64,000 nucleotides of DNA, from the NCBI RefSeq assembly GCF_009914755.1, contig NC_060933.1. One strand, 5' to 3'. The notes beneath the pieces were generated by a model. It was not told where the DNA came from and ran no database searches. It worked only from the letters and a program-made list of their open reading frames with translations. Below are positions 1 to 15,942 of this stretch, one piece after another (positions within the stretch are counted from its first letter, which is position 1; the number at the start of each line of letters is the position of its first letter). The translations under genes were made by a program, and so were the position numbers. The stretch comes from the human T2T-CHM13v2.0 reference genome, Homo sapiens.

Positions 1-3000
1 GTGTTGATTCCATTCTTTCCATTCCATTCAAGTTGAATCCATTCCATTGCATTCGATTCCATTCGATTCCATTTGATTGCACTCGGGTTGATTCCATTCC
101 ATTGCATTCCATTCCATTCCATTCCATTCCATTCCATTCCATTCCGTTCCATTCCATTTCATTACATTCAGATTGATTCTATTCAATTCCCTTACACTCC
201 ATTATATTCCAATCCATTCTGGTTGTCTCCATTCCATTCCATTCCATTTCACTCCATTCCATTGCACTCGGGTTGATTCCATTCCATTCCATTCCAATGC
301 ATTCCATTCCATTCCATTCCGGATGATTCCATTCCATTGCATTCCATTCCATTCCATTCCCCTGCACTCGGGTTGATTCCATTCCATTCCATTCCATTCC
401 ATTCCAGATGATTCCATTCCATTGCATTCCATTCCATTCCAATCCCCTGCACTCGGGTTGATTCCATTCCATTCCACTCCATTCCGTTCCATTCCATTCC
501 ATTCCATTGTATTCGGGTTAATTCCATTCCATTCCATTCCATTCCATTCCATTACAATCGAGTTGATTCCATTCCATTCCATTCCATTCCAGTCCTTTCC
601 ATTCCATTCCACTCGGGTTGATTCCATTCTATTAGTTTCCATTCCATTCCATTCCCTTCCATTCCACTCTGGTTGATTCCATTCCTTTCCATTCCACTCG
701 AATACATTCCCTCCTATTCCACTCGGAACGATTCCATTCCATTCCATTCCATTTCGTTCCATTCCTTTCTATTCCGTATCATTCCATTCCATTCCATTCC
801 ATTCCATTCCATTCCATTCCATTCCATTCCTTTCCATTGTACTCGGGTTGATTCCATTCCATTGCATTCCATTCCATTCCATTCCATTCCATTCCATTCC
901 TTTCCGTTCCATTCCATTACATTCGGATTGATTCTTTTCAACTCCCTTACTCTACATTACATTCCATTCCATTGGGGTTGTTCCATTCCATTCCATTCCA
1001 TTCCACTCCATTCCATTTCACTCGGGTTTATTCCATTCCATTCCATTCGATTCCATTCCATTTCCCTGCACTCGCGTTGATTCCATTCCATTCCATTCCA
1101 TTCCATTCCATTCCTTTCCGTTCCATTCCATTCCATTCCATTCCATTCCATTCCATTCCGTTCCATTCCATTCCAATCCATTCTATTCGGGTTAATTCCA
1201 TTCCATTCCATTCAATTGCAATCGAGTTGATTCCATTCCATTCCATTCCATTCCATTCCATTCCATTCCTTTCCATTCCATTACGGATGATTCCATTCCA
1301 TTGCATTCCATTCCATTCCATTCCCCTGTACTCGGGTTGATTCCATTCCATTCCATTCCAATCCATGCCATTCCACTCGTGTTGATTCCATTCTTTCCAT
1401 TCCATTCAAGTTGAATCCATTCCATTGCATTCCATTCCATCCGATTCCATTCGATTGCACTCTGGTTGATTCCATTCCATTGCATTCCATTCCATTCCAT
1501 TTCATTCCATTCCATTCCATTTCATTCCATTCCATTCCTTTCCATTCCATTCCATTCCATTCCGTTGCAATCGAGTTGATTCCTTTCCATTCCTTTCCAT
1601 TCCATTCCATTGCCTTGCATTCCACTCGGGTTGATTCCATTCCCTTCTTTCCACTCCATTATATTCCCTTCCATTCCACTCGGAATGATTGATTCCATTC
1701 CATTCCATTCCATTTCATTCCATTGCAATCCATTCCAATCCATTCTATTCCATTCCATTCCACTCGAGTTGATTTCATTCCATTCCTTTCCATTCCATTC
1801 CATTCCTTTCCACTCGAGTTGATTCCATTCCATTCCATTCCATTGCATTCCATTCCATGCCATTCCACTCGGGTTGATTCCATTCCATTCCATTCCATTC
1901 CATTGCATTCCATTCCATTCCATTACCCTGAAATCGGGTTGATTCCATTCCATTCCATTCCATTTAATTCCATTCCATTCCATTCCATTCCATTCCAATC
2001 CGTTCCATTCCATTCCATTCCATTGCAATCGTCTTGATTCCATTCCATTCCATTCCATTCCATTCCATTCCATTCCATTTTGTTCCAATCCATTCTATTC
2101 TGAACCATTCCATTCCATTCCATTCCATTCCATTCCATTCCATGCCATTCCACTCGGGTTGATTCCATTCCTTTCCACTCCATTCGGGTTGAATCCATTC
2201 CACTCCATTCCATTCCATTCGAATCCATTCCATTGCACTCCGGTTGATTCCATTCCATTCCATTCCATTCGATTGCATTCCATTCCATTCCATTCCGTTC
2301 CATTCCATTTCATTACATTCAGATTGATTCTATGCAATTCCCTTACACTCCATTATATTCCAATCCATTCTGGTTGTTTCCATTCCATTCCATTCCATTT
2401 CACTCCATTCCATTGCACTCGGTTTGATTCCATTCCATTCCATTCCATTCCATTCCATTCCGGAAGATTCCATTCCATTGCATTCCATTCCCCTGCACTC
2501 AGGTTGATTCCATTCCATTCCATTCCACTCCATTCGGTTCCGTTCCATTCCATTCTATTGCATTCCATTCTATTCGGGTTAATTCCATTCCATTCTATTC
2601 CATTCCATTCCATTCCATTCCATTGCAATGGAGTTGATTCCATTCCATTCCATTCCATTCCGGATGATTCCATTCCATTGCATTCCATTCCATTCCATTC
2701 CCCTGCACTCGTGTTGATTCCATTCCCTTCCATTCCATTCCATTCCGTTCCATTCCATTGCATTCCATTCTATTCCGGTTAATTCCATTCCATTCCATTC
2801 CATTCCATTCCATTCCATTCCATTCCATTCCTTTGCAATCGAGTTGATTCCATTCCATTCCTTTCCATTCCATTCCATTGCCTTGCATTCCAATCGGGTT
2901 GATTCCATTCCCTTCTTTCCACTCCATTACATTCCCTTCCAATCCACTCGGAATGATTGATTCCATTCCATTCCATTCCATTTCATTCCATTGAAATCCA

Positions 3001-6000
3001 TTCCAATCCATTCCATTCCATTCCATTCCACTCGAGTTGATTTCATTCCATTCCTTTCCATTCCATTCCATTCCTTTCCACTCGAGTTGATTCCATTCTA
3101 TTCCATTCCATTGCATTCCATTCCATGCCATTCCACTCGGGTTGATTCCATTCCTTTCCATTCCATTCCATTCCATTCCATTCCATTCCATTCCATTCCG
3201 TTGCATTCCATTCCATTACATTCTGATTGATTCTATTCAACTCCCTTACTCTCCATTACATTCCATTCCATTCGGTTTGTTCCATTCCATTCCATTCCAT
3301 TCCACTCCATTCCATTGCACTCGGGTTCATTCCATTCCATTCCATTCCATTCCATTCCGGATGATTCCATTCCATTGCATTCCGTTCCATTACATTCCCC
3401 TGCACTCGCGTTGATTCCATTCCATTCCATTCCATTCCATTCAATTCCATTCCATTACAATTCGTTCCATTCCATTCTATTCCGTACCATTCCATTCCAT
3501 TCCATACCATTCCATTCCAATCCATTCCATTCCATTCCATTCCACTCGAGTTGATTTCATTCCATTCCTTTCCATTCCATTCCATTCCTTTCCACTCGAG
3601 TTGATTCCATTCTATTCCATTCCATTGCATTCCATTCCATGCCATTCCAATCGGGTTGATTCCATTCCTTTCCATTCCATTCCATTCCATTCCATTCCAT
3701 TCCATTCCATTCCGTTCCATTCCGTTCCATTCCATTCCATTCCATTCTATTCGGGTTAATTCCATTCCATTCCATTCCATTCTATTCCATTCCATTGCAA
3801 TCGAGTTGAATCCATTGCCTTTCATTCCATTCCATTCCATTCAGGAAGATTCCATTCCTTTGCATTCCATTCCATTCCATTCCCCTGCACTCGCGTTGAT
3901 TCCATTCCATTCCATTCCATTCCATTCCATTCCATTCCTTTCCGTTCCTTTCCATTCCATTCCATTCCATTCCATTCCATTCCATTCCATTCCATTCCGT
4001 TCCGTTCCATTCCATTCCATTCCATTCTATTCGGGTTAATTCCATTCCATTCCATTCGATTGCAATCGTGTTGATTCCATTCCATTCCATTCCATTCCAT
4101 TCCATTCCTTTCCATTCCATTATGGATGATTCCATTCCATTGTATTCCATTCCATTCCATTCCCCTGTACTCGGGTTGATTCCATTCCATTCCATTCCAA
4201 TCCATGCTATTCCACTCGTGTTGATTCCATTCTTTCCATTCCATTCAAGTTGAATCCATTCCATTGCATTCCATTCCATTCGATTCCATTCGATTGCACT
4301 CGGGTTGATTCCATTCCATTGCATTCCATTCCATTCCATTCCATTCCATTACATTCGGATTGATTCTATTCAATTCCCTTACACTCCATTACATTCCATT
4401 CCATTCGGGTAGTTTCCATTCCATTCCATTCCATTCCTCTCCATTCCATTGCACTCGGGTTGATTCCATTCCGTTGCATTCCATTCCATTCCATTCAATT
4501 CCATTCCTTTCCATTCCATTACATTCGGATTGATTCTATTCAACTCCCTTACTCTCCATTACATTCCATTCCATTCGGGTTGTTCCATTGCATTCCATTC
4601 CTTTCCACTCCATTCCATTGCACTCGGGTTGATTCCATTCCATTCCATTCCATTCCATTGCATTCCATTCCATTCCGGAAGATTCCATTCCATTGCATTC
4701 CATTCCATTCCATTCCCCTGCACCCGCGTAGATTCCATTCCATTCCATTCCATTCCATTCCATTCTATTCCATTCCATTGCAATCGAGTTGAATCCATTG
4801 CATTTCATTCCATTCCATTGCATTCCATTCCATTCCGAAAGATTCCATTCCATTGCATTCCATTCCATTCCATTCCCCTGCACTCGCGTTGATTCCATTC
4901 CATTCCATTCCATTCCATTCCATTCCATTCCATTCCGTTCCGTTCCGTTCCGTTCCATTCCATTCCGTTCCATTCCATTCCATTCCGTTCCGTTCCATTC
5001 CATTCCATTCCATTCTATTCGGGTTAATTCCATTCCATTCAATTCGATTGCAATCGAGTTGATTCCATTCCATTCCATTCCATTCCATTCCATTCCATTC
5101 CATTCCTTTCCATTCCATTACGGATGATTCCATTCCATTGCATTCCATTCCATTCCATTCCCCTGTACTCGGGTTGATTCCATTCCATTCCATTCCTATC
5201 CATGCCATTCCACTCGTGTTGATTCCATTCTTTCCATTCCATTCAAGTTGAATCCATTCCATTGCATTCGATTCCATTCGATTCCATTTGATTGCACTCG
5301 GGTTGATTCCATTCCATTGCATTCCATTCCATTCCATTCCATTCCATTCCATTCCATTCCGTTCCATTCCATTTCATTACATTCAGATTGATTCTATTCA
5401 ATTCCCTTACACTCCATTATATTCCAATCCATTCTGGTTGTCTCCATTCCATTCCATTCCATTTCACTCCATTCCATTGCACTCGGGTTGATTCCATTCC
5501 ATTCCATTCCATTGCATTCCATTCCATTCCATTCCGGATGATTCCATTCCATTGCATTCCATTCCATTCCATTCCCCTGCACTCGGGTTGATTCCATTCC
5601 ATTCCATTCCATTCCATTCCGGATGATTCCATTCCATTGCATTCCATTCCATTCCAATCCCCTGCACTCGGGTTGATTCCATTCCATTCCACTCCATTCC
5701 GTTCCATTCCATTCCATTCCATTGTATTCGGGTTAATTCCATTCCATTCCATTCCATTCCATTCCATTACAATCGAGTTGATTCCATTCCATTCCATTCC
5801 ATTCCAGTCCTTTCCATTCCATTCCACTCGGGTTGATTCCATTCTATTAGTTTCCATTCCATTCCATTCCCTTCCATTCCACTCTGGTTGATTCCATTCC
5901 TTTCCATTCCACTCGAATACATTCCCTCCTATTCCACTCGGAACGATTCCATTCCATTCCATTCCATTCCATTCCATTTCGTTCCATTCCTTTCTATTCC

Positions 6001-6700
6001 GTATCATTCCATTCCATTCCATTCCATTCCATTCCATTCCATTCCTTTCCATTGTACTCGGGTTGATTCCATTCCATTGCATTCCATTCCATTCCATTCC
6101 ATTCCATTCCATTCCATTCCTTTCCATTCCATTCCATTACATTCGGATTGATTCTTTTCAACTCCCTTACTCTACATTACATTCCATTCCATTGGGGTTG
6201 TTCCATTCCATTCCATTCCATTCCACTCCATTCCATTTCACTCGGGTTGATTCCATTCCATTCCATTCCATTCCATTCGATTCCATTCCATTTCCCTGCA
6301 CTCGCGTTGATTCCATTCCATTCCATTCCATTCCATTCCATTCCATTCCTTTCCGTTCCATTCCATTCCATTCCATTCCATTCCATTCCGTTCCATTCCA
6401 TTCCAATCCATTCTATTCGGGTTAATTCCATTCCATTCCATTCAATTGCAATCGAGTTGATTCCATTCCATTCCATTCCATTCCATTCCATTCCATTCCT
6501 TTCCATTCCATTACGGATGATTCCATTCCATTGCATTCCATTCCATTCCATTCCCCTGTACTCGGGTTGATTCCATTCCATTCCATTCCAATCCATGCCA
6601 TTCCACTCGTGTTGATTCCATTCTTTACTTTCCATTCAAGTTGAATCCATTCCATTGCATTCCATTCCATTCGATTCCATTCGATTGCACTCGGGTTGAT
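1..6700 (+). repeat. Direct repeat: 1-~1450 recurs at 5216-~6700 (offset 5215-5230)
   Basis: Identical translated segments 73/5288, 422/5637 and near-identical 173/5388, 179/5394. Private variants CATTTGATTGCAC (70/5285), CATTGGGGTTG (970/6190), TCTACATTAC (951/6171). The left copy is cut by the window edge. Confidence 0.88.
2458..2470. promoter_or_regulatory. Heat-shock-element consensus TTCnnGAAnnTTC (TTCCGGAAGATTC); representative of roughly 30-35 copies across the window
   Basis: Exact match to three alternating nGAAn pentamers. Other copies start at 4673, 10992, 11820, 13683, 22130, 36781, 47102 and 61524. This is a motif match only; binding is not shown by sequence. Confidence 0.5.
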
Positions 6701-7535
6701 TCCATTCCATTGCATTCCATTCCATTCCATTCCATTCCATTCCGTTCCATTGCATTTCATTACATTCAGATTGATTCTATTCAATTCCCTTACACTCCGT
6801 TATATTCCAATCCATTCTGGTTTTTTCCATTCCATTCCATTCCATTTCACTCCATTCCATTGCACTCGGGTTGATTCCATTCCATTCCATTCCATTCCAT
6901 TCCGGATGATTCCATTCCACTGCATTCCATTCCATTCCATTCCCCTGCACTCGGGTTGATTCCATTCCATTCCATTACATTATATTCCGTTCCATTACAT
7001 TCCATTCCATTCGGATTGATTCTATTCAATTCCCTAACACTTCATTACATTCCATTCCATTCGGGTAGTTTACATTCCATTCCATTCCATTCCTCTCTAT
7101 TCCATTGCACTCGGGTTGATTCCATTCCATTCCATTCCATTCCATTCCATTCCATTTCATTCCATTCCTTTCCATTCCATTCCATTCCATTGTACTCGGG
7201 TTGATTCCATTCCATTGCATTCCATTCCATTCCATTCCATTCCATTCCGTTCCATTCCATTCCATTACATTCGGATTGATTCTATTCAACTCCCTTACTC
7301 TCCATTACATTCCATTCCATTCGGGTTGTTCCATTCCATTCCATTCCATTCCACTCCATTCCATTGCACTCGGGTTTATTCCATTCCATTCCATTCCATT
7401 CCGGAAAATTCCATTCCATTGCATTCCATTACATTCCATTCCCCTGCATTCGCGTTGATTCCATTCCATTCCATTCCATTCCATTCCATTCCATTCCATT
7501 CCATTCCATTCCTTTCCGTTCCATTCCATTCCATT

Positions 7536-7575
7536 CCGTTCCGTTCCGTTCCGTTCCGTTCCGTTCCGTTCCGTT
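7536..7575 (+). repeat. (CCGTT)8 variant-pentamer run (similar runs at 42701-42775, 49491-49525, 61681-61710)
   Basis: Eight consecutive CCGTT units read directly. It is the longest such run noticed. Confidence 0.9.
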
Positions 7576-8027
7576 CCATTCCATTCCATTCCATTCTATT
7601 CGGGTTAATTCCTTTCCATTCCATTCGATTGCAATCGAGTTGATTCCATTCCGTTCCATTCCATTCCATTCCATTCCATTCCTTTCCATTCCATTACGGA
7701 TGATTCCATTCCATTGCATTCCATTCCATTCCATTCCCCTGTACTCGGGTTGATTCCATTCCATTCCATTCCAATCCATGCCATTCCACTCGTGTTGATT
7801 CCATTCTTTCCATTCCATTCAAGTTGAATCCATTCCATTGCATTCCATTCCATTCGATTCCATTCGATTGCACTCTGGTTGATTCCATTCCATTGCATTC
7901 CATTCCATTCCATTTCATTCCATTCCATTCCATTTCATTCCATTCCATTGCTTTCCATTCCATTCCATTCCATTCCATTCCATTGCAATCGAGTTGATTC
8001 CTTTGCATTCCGTTCCATTCCATTCCA

Positions 8028-10620
8028 TTGCCTTGCATTCCACTCGGGTTGATTCGATTCCCTTCTTTCCACTCCATTACATTCCCTTCCATTCCACTCG
8101 GAATGATTGATTCCATTCCATTCCATTCCATTTCATTCCATTGCAATCCATTCCAATCCATTCCATTCCATTCCATTCCACTCGAGTTGATTTCATTCCA
8201 TTCCTTTCCATTCCATGCCATTCCTTTCCACTCGAGTTGATTCCATTCCATTCCTTTCCATTGCATTCCATTCCATGCCATTCCACTCTGGTTGATTCCA
8301 TTCCATTCCATTCCATTCCATTGCATTCCATTCCATTCCATTCCCCTGCACTCGGGTTGATTCCATTCCATTCCATTCCATTTAATTCCATTCCATTCTA
8401 TTCCATTCCATTCCATTCCAATCCTTTCCATTCCATTCCATTCCATTCCATTGCAATCGACTTGATTCCATTCCATTCCATTCCATTCCATTCCATTCCA
8501 TTCCATTCCATTCCATGCCATTCCACTCGGGTTGATTCCATTCCTTTCCATTCCATTCGGGTTGAATCCATTCCACTCCATTCCATTCCATTCGAATCCA
8601 TTCCATTGCACTCGGGTTGATTCCATTCCATTCCATTCCATTCCATTCCATTCCATTCCATTCCATTCCGTTCCATTCCATTTCATTACATTCAGATTGA
8701 TTCTATTCAATTCCCTTACACTCCATTATATTCCAATCCATTCTGGTTGTTTCCATTCCATTCCATTCCATTTCACTCCATTCCATTGCACTCGGTTTGA
8801 TTCCATTGCATTCCATTCCATTCCGGATGATTCCATTCCATTGCATTCCATTCCATTCCATTCCCCTGCACTCAGGTTGATTCCATTCCATTCCATTCCA
8901 CTCCATTCGGTTCCGTTCCATTCCAATCTATTGCATTCCGTTCTATTCGGGTTAATTCCATTCCATTCTATTCCATTCCATTCCATTCCATTCCATTGCA
9001 ATGGAGTTGATTCCATTCCATTCCATTCCGTTCCGGATGATTCCATTCCATTGCATTCCATTCCATTCCATTCCCCTGCACTCGTGTTGATTCCATTCCC
9101 TTCCATTCCATTCCATTCCGTTCCATTCCATTGCATTCCATTCTATTCCGGTTAATTCCATTCCATTCCATTCCATTCCATTCCATTGCAATCGAGTTGA
9201 TTCCATTCCATTCCTTTCCATTCCATTCCATTGCCTTGCATTCCAATCGGGTTGATTCCATTCCCTTCTTTCCACTCCATTACATTCCCTTCCATTCCAC
9301 TCGGAATGATTGATTCCATTCCATTCCATTCCATTTCATTCCATTGCAATCCATTCCAATCCATTCCATTCCATTCCATTTCACCTGAGTTGATTTCATT
9401 CCATTCCTTTCCATTCCATTCCATTTCTTTCCACTCGAGTTGATTCCATTCCATTCCATTCCATTGCATTCCATTCCATGCCATTCCACTCTGGTTGATT
9501 CCATTCCATTCCGTTCCATTCCATTGCATTCCATTCCATTCCATTCCCCTGCACTCGGGTTGATTCCATTCCATTCCATTCCATTTAATTCCATTCCATT
9601 CTATTCCATTCCATTCCATTCCAATCCTTTCCATTCCATTCCATTCCATTCCATTCCATTGCAATCGACTTGATTCCATTCCAATCCATTCCATTCCATT
9701 CCATTCCATTCCATTCCATGCCATTCCACTCGGGTTGATTCCATTCCTTCCCATTCCATTCGGGTTGAATCCATTCCACTCCATTCCATTCCATTCGAAT
9801 CCATTCCATTGCACTCGGGTTGATTCCATTCCATTCCATTCCATTCGATTCCATTCCATTCCATTCCATTCCGTTCCATTCCATTTCATTACATTCAGAT
9901 TGATTCTATTCAATTCCCTTACACTCCATTATATTCCAATCCATTCTGGTTGTTTCCATTCCATTCCATTCCATTTCACTCCATTCCATTGCACTCGGTT
10001 TGATTCCATTCCATTGCATTTCATTCCATTCCATTCCGGATGATTCCATTCCATTGCATTCCATTCCATTCCATTCCCCTGCACTCATGTTGATTCCATT
10101 CCATTCCATTCCACTCCATTCGGTTCCGTTCCATTCCATTCTATTGCATTCCATTGTATTCGGGTTAACTCCATTCCATTCTATTCCATTCCATTCCATT
10201 CCATTCCATTGCAATGGAGTTGATTCCATTCCATTCCATTCCATTCCGGATGATTCCATTCCATTGCATTCCATTCCATTCCATTCCCCTGCACTCGTGT
10301 TGATTCCATTCCCTTCCATTCCATTCCATTCCGTTCCATTCCATTGCATTCCATTCCATTCCGGTTAATTCCATTCCATTCCATTCCATTCCATTCCATT
10401 CCATTCCATTCCATTCCATTCCATTTCAATCGAGTTGATTCCATTCCAATCCTTTCCATTCCATTCCATTGCCTTGCATTCCAATCGGGTTGATTCCATT
10501 CCCTTCTTTCCACTCCATTACATTCCCTTCCATTCCACTCGGAATGATTGATTCCATTCCATTCCATTCCATTTCATTCCATTGCAATCCATTCCAATCC
10601 ATTCCATTCCATTCCATTCC
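8028..10620 (+). repeat. Tandem ~1.2 kb units (about 2.1 copies)
   Basis: The GCCTTGCATTCC...CGGAATGATTG landmark recurs at 8099, 9302 and 10540. ORFs 8028/9231/10469, 8532/9735 and 8703/9906 are offset by 1203-1238. The same unit also occurs at about 1610-2880 and 52920-54210. Confidence 0.85.
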
Positions 10621-13600
10621 ACTCCATTCCATTGCACTAGGGTTTATTCCATTCCATTCCATTCCATTCCGGATGATTCCATTCCATTGCATTCCGTTCC
10701 ATTACATTCCCCTGCACTCGCGTTGATTCCATTCCGTTCCATTCCATTCCATTCAATTCCATTCCATTACAATTCGATCCATTCCATTCTATTCCGTACC
10801 ATTCCATTCCATTCCATACCATACCATTCCATTCCATTCCATTCCGTTCCATTCCGTTCCATTCCATTCCATTCCATTCTATTCGGGTTAATTCCATTCC
10901 ATTCCATTCCATTCCATTCCATTCTATTCCATTCCATTGCAATCGAGTTGAATCCATTGCATTTCATTCCATTCCCTTCCATTCCATTCCATTCCGGAAG
11001 ATTCCATTCCATTGCATTCCATTCCATTCCATTCCCCTGCACTCGCGTTGATTCCATTCCATTCCATTCCATTCCATTCCATTCCATTCCTTTCCGTTCC
11101 TTTCCATTCCATTCCATTCCATTCCATTCCATTCCGTTCCGTTCCATTCCATTCCATTCCATTCTATTCGGGTTAATTCCATTCCATTCCATTCGATTGC
11201 AATCGTGTTGATTCCATTCCATTCCATTCCATTCCATTCCTTTCCATTCCATTACGGATGATTCCATTCCATTGTATTCCATTCCATTCCATTCCCCTGT
11301 ACTCGGGTTGATTCCATTCCATTCCATTCCAATCCATGCCATTCCACTCGTGTTGATTCCATTCTTTCCATTCCATTCAAGTTGAATCCATTCCATTGCA
11401 TTCCATTCCATTCGATTCCATTCGATTGCACTCGGGTTGATTCCATTCCATTGCATTCCATTCCATTCCATTCCATTCCATTCCATTCCATTCCATTACA
11501 TTACATTCAGATTGATTCTATTCAATTCCCTTACACTCCATTACATTCCATTCCATTCGGGTAGTTTCCATTCCATTCCATTCCATTCCTCTCCATTCCA
11601 TTGCACTCGGGTTGATTCCATTCCATTGCATTCCATTCCATTCCATTCAATTCCATTCCGTTCCATTCCATTACATTCGGATTGATTCTATTCAACTCCC
11701 TTACTCTCCATTACATTCCATTCCATTCGGGTTGTTCCATTCCATTCCATTCCATTCCACTCCATTCCATTGCACTCGGGTTGATTCCATTCCATTCCAT
11801 TCCATTCCATTCCATTCCATTCCGGAAGATTCCATTCCATTGCATTCCATTCCATTCCATTCCCCTGCACTCGCGTAGATTCCATTCCATTCCATTCCAT
11901 TCCATTCCATTCTATTCCATTCCATTGCAATCGAGTTGAATCCATTGCATTTCATTCCATTCCATTCCATTCCATTCCATTCCGAAAGATTCCATTCCAT
12001 TGCATTCCATTCCATTCCACTCCCCTGCACTCGCGTTGATTCCATTCCATTCCATTGCATTCCATTCCATTCCGTTCCGTTCCGTTCCATTCCATTCCGT
12101 TCCATTCCATTCCATTCCGTTCCGTTCCATTCCATTCCATTCCATTCTATTCGGGTTAATTCCATTCCATTCAATTCGATTGCAATCGAGTTGATTACAT
12201 TCCATTCCATTCCATTCCATTCCATTCCATTCTATTCCTTTCCATTCCATTACGGATGATTCCATTCCATTGCATTCCATTCCATTCCATTCCCCTGTAC
12301 TCGGGTTGATTCCATTCCATTCCATTCCAATCCATGCCATTCCACTCCTGTTGATTCCATTCTTTCCATTCCATTGAAGTTGAATCCATTCCATTGCATT
12401 CCATTCCATTCGATTCCATTCGATTGCACTCGGGTTGATTCCATTCCATTGCATTCCATTCCATTCCATTCCATTCCATTCCATTCCGTTCCATTCCATT
12501 TCATTACATTCAGATTGATTCTATTCAATTCCCTTACACTCCATTATATTCCAATCCTTTCTGGTTGTCTCCATTCCATTCCATTCCATTTCACTCCATT
12601 CCATTGCACTCGGGTTGATTCCATTCCATTCCATTCCATTGCATTCCATTCCATTCCATTCCGGATGATTCCATTCCATTGCATTCCATTCCATTCCATT
12701 CCCCTGCACTCGGGTTGTTTCCATACCATTCCATTCCATTCCATTCCACTCCGGATGATTCCATTCCATTGCATTCCATTCCATTCCAATCCCCTGCACT
12801 CGGGTTGATTCCATTCCATTCCACTCCATTCCGTTCCGTTCCATTCCATTCCATTGTATTCGGGTTAATTCCATTCCATTCCATTCCATTCCATTCCATT
12901 CCATTACAATCGAGTTGATTCCATTCCATTCCATTCCATTCCAGTCCTTTCCATTCCATTCCACTCGGGTTGATTCCATTCTATTAGTTTCCATTCCATT
13001 CCATTCCCTTCCATTCCACTCTGGTTGATTCCATTCCTTTCCATTCCACTCGAATACATTCCCTCCTATTCCACTCGGAACGATTCCATTCCATTCCATT
13101 CCATTCCATTCCATTCCATTCCATTCCATTCCATTCCATTTCGTTCCATTCCTTTCTATTCCGTATCATTCCATTCCATTCCATTCCATTCCATTCCATT
13201 CCATTCCATTCCATTCCATTGTATTCGGGTTGATTCCATTCCATTGCATTCCATTCCATTCGATTCCATTCCATTCCGTTGCATTCCATTCCATTACATT
13301 CGGATTGATTCTATTCAACTCCCTTACTCTCCATTACATTCCATTCCATTCGGGTTGTTCCATTCCATTCCATTCCATTCCACTCCATTCCATTGCACTC
13401 GGGTTGATTCCATTCCATTCCATTCCATTCCATTCCATTCCGGATGATTCCATTCCATTGAATTCCATTCCATTACATGCCCCTGCTCTCGCGTTGATTC
13501 CATTCCATATCATTCCGTTCCATTCCATTCCATTCCATTCCGTTCCATTCCGTTCCATTCCATTCCATTCCATTCTATTCGTATTAATTCCATTCCATTC

Positions 13601-15942
13601 CATTCCATTCCATTCTATTCCATTCCATTGCAATCGAGTTGAATCCATTGCATTTCATTCCATTCCATTCCATTCCATTCCATTCCGGAAGATTCCATTC
13701 CATTGCATTCCATTCCATTCCATTCCCCTGCACTCGCGTTGATTCCATTCCATTCCATTCCATTCCATTCCATTCCGTTCCGTTCCATTCCATTCCATTC
13801 CATTCCATTCCATTCCATTCCGTTCCGTTCCATTCCATTCCATTCCATTCTAGTCGGGTTAATTCCATTCCATTCCATTCGATTGCAATCGAGATGATTC
13901 CATTCCATTCCATTCCATACCATTCCATTCCTTTCCATTCCATTACGGATGATTCCATTCCATTGCATACCATTCCATTCCATTCCCCTGTACTCGGTTT
14001 GATTCCATTCCATTCCATTCCAATCCATGCCATTCCACTCGTGTTGATTCCATTTTTCCATTCCATTCAAGTTGAATCCATTCCATTGCATTCCATTCCA
14101 TTCGATTCCATTCGATTGCACTCGGGTTGATTCCATTCCATTGCATTCCATTCCATTCCATTCAATTCCATTCCATTACAATTCGCTCCATTCCATTCTA
14201 TTCCGTACCATTCCGTTCGATTCCATACCATTCCATTCCAATCCATTCCATTCCATTCCGTTCCATTCCGTTCCATTCCATACCATTCCATTCTATTCGG
14301 ATTAATTCCATTCCATTCCATTCCATTCCATTCTATTCCATTCCATTGCAATCGAGTTGAATCCATTGCATTTCATTCCATTCCAATCCATTCCATTCCA
14401 TTCCATTCCGGAAGATTCCATTCCATTGCATTGCATTCCATTCCATTCCCCTGCACTCGCGTTGATTCCATTCCATTCCATTCCATTCCATTCCGTTCTG
14501 TTCCATTCCATTCCATTCCATTCCATTCCATTCCGTTCTGTTCCATTCCATTCCATACCATTCTATTCGGGTTAATTCCATTCCATTCCATTCGATTGCA
14601 ATCGAGTTGATTCCATTCTATTCCATTCCATTCCATTCCATTCCTTTCCATTCCATTACGGATGATTCCATTCCATTGCATTCCATTCCATTCCATTCCC
14701 CTGTACTCGGGTTGATTCCATTCCATTCCATTCGAATCCATGCCATTCCACTCGTGTTGATTCCATTCTTTCCATTCCATTCAAGGTGAATCCATTCCAT
14801 TGCATTCCATTCCATTCCATTCCCCTGCAGTCGGGTTGATTCCATTCCATTCCATTCCATTCCATTCCATTCCCCTGCACTCGCGTTGATTCCGTTCCAT
14901 TCCATTCCATTCCATTCCATTCCATTCCATTCCATTCCATTCCATTTCATTCCAGTCCTTTCCATTCCATTCCACTCGGGTTGATTCCATTCTATTAGTT
15001 TCCATTCCATTCCATTCCCTTCCATTGCACTCTGGTTGATTCCATTCCTTTCCATTCCACTCGAATACATTCCCTCCTATTCCACTCGGAATGATTCCAT
15101 TCCATTCCATTCCATTCCATTCCATTCCATTCCATTCTATTTCGTTCCATTCCATTCTATTCCGTATCATTCCACTCCATTCCATTCCATTCCATTCCAT
15201 TCCATTCCACTCGTGTTGATTCCATTCCTTTCTATTCCATTCGGTTTGAAGGCATTCCATTCCATTCCATTCCATTCCATTCCATTCCATTCCATTCCAT
15301 TCCATTCCATTGTACTCGGGTTGATTCCATTCCATTGCATTCCATTCCATTCCATTCTATTCCATTCCGTTGCATTCCATTCCATTACATTCGGATTGAT
15401 TCTATTCAACTCCCTTACTCTCCATTACATTCCATTCCATTCGGGTTGTTCCATTCCATTCCATTCCATTCCACTCCATTCCCCTGCACTCGCGTTGATT
15501 CCATTCCATTCCATTCCATTCCATTCCATTCCATTCCGTTCCGCTCCATTCCATTCCATTCCATTCCATTCCATTCCATTCCATTCTGTTCCGTTCCATT
15601 CAATTCCATTCCATTCTATTTGGGTTAATTCCATTCCATTCCATTCGATTGCAATCGAGTTGATTCCATTCCATTCCATTCCATTCCATTCCATTCCTTT
15701 CCATTCCGTTCCGTTCCATTCCATTCCATTCCATTCTATTCGGGTTAATTCCATTCCATTCCATTCCATTGCAATCGTGTTGATTCCATTCCATTCCATT
15801 CCTTTCCATTCCATTACGGATGATTCCATTGCATTGTATTCCATTCCATTCCATTCCCCTGTACTCGGGTTGATTCCATTCCATTCCATTCGAATCCATG
15901 CCATTCCACTCGTGTTGATTCCATACTTTCCATTCCATTCAA

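Larger units (their letters stand above)
3340..13300 (+). repeat. Direct repeat: ~3340-6150 recurs at ~10650-13300 (offset about 7.15-7.3 kb)
   Basis: ORF pairs 4460/11612, 4530/11682, 4789/11936, 5394/12521, 5888/13025. Private variants CGCGTAGATTCC (4725/11872), CCGAAAGATT (4835/11982), TTCAATTCGATTGC (5038/12170). Confidence 0.8.

Noticed and set aside
696-732. CTCGAATACATTCCCTCCTATTCCACTCGGAACG as a possible inserted foreign or mobile fragment
   Set aside because: It stays in pentamer register and reads as diverged CATTC units, with no TSD, poly-A or terminal repeats.
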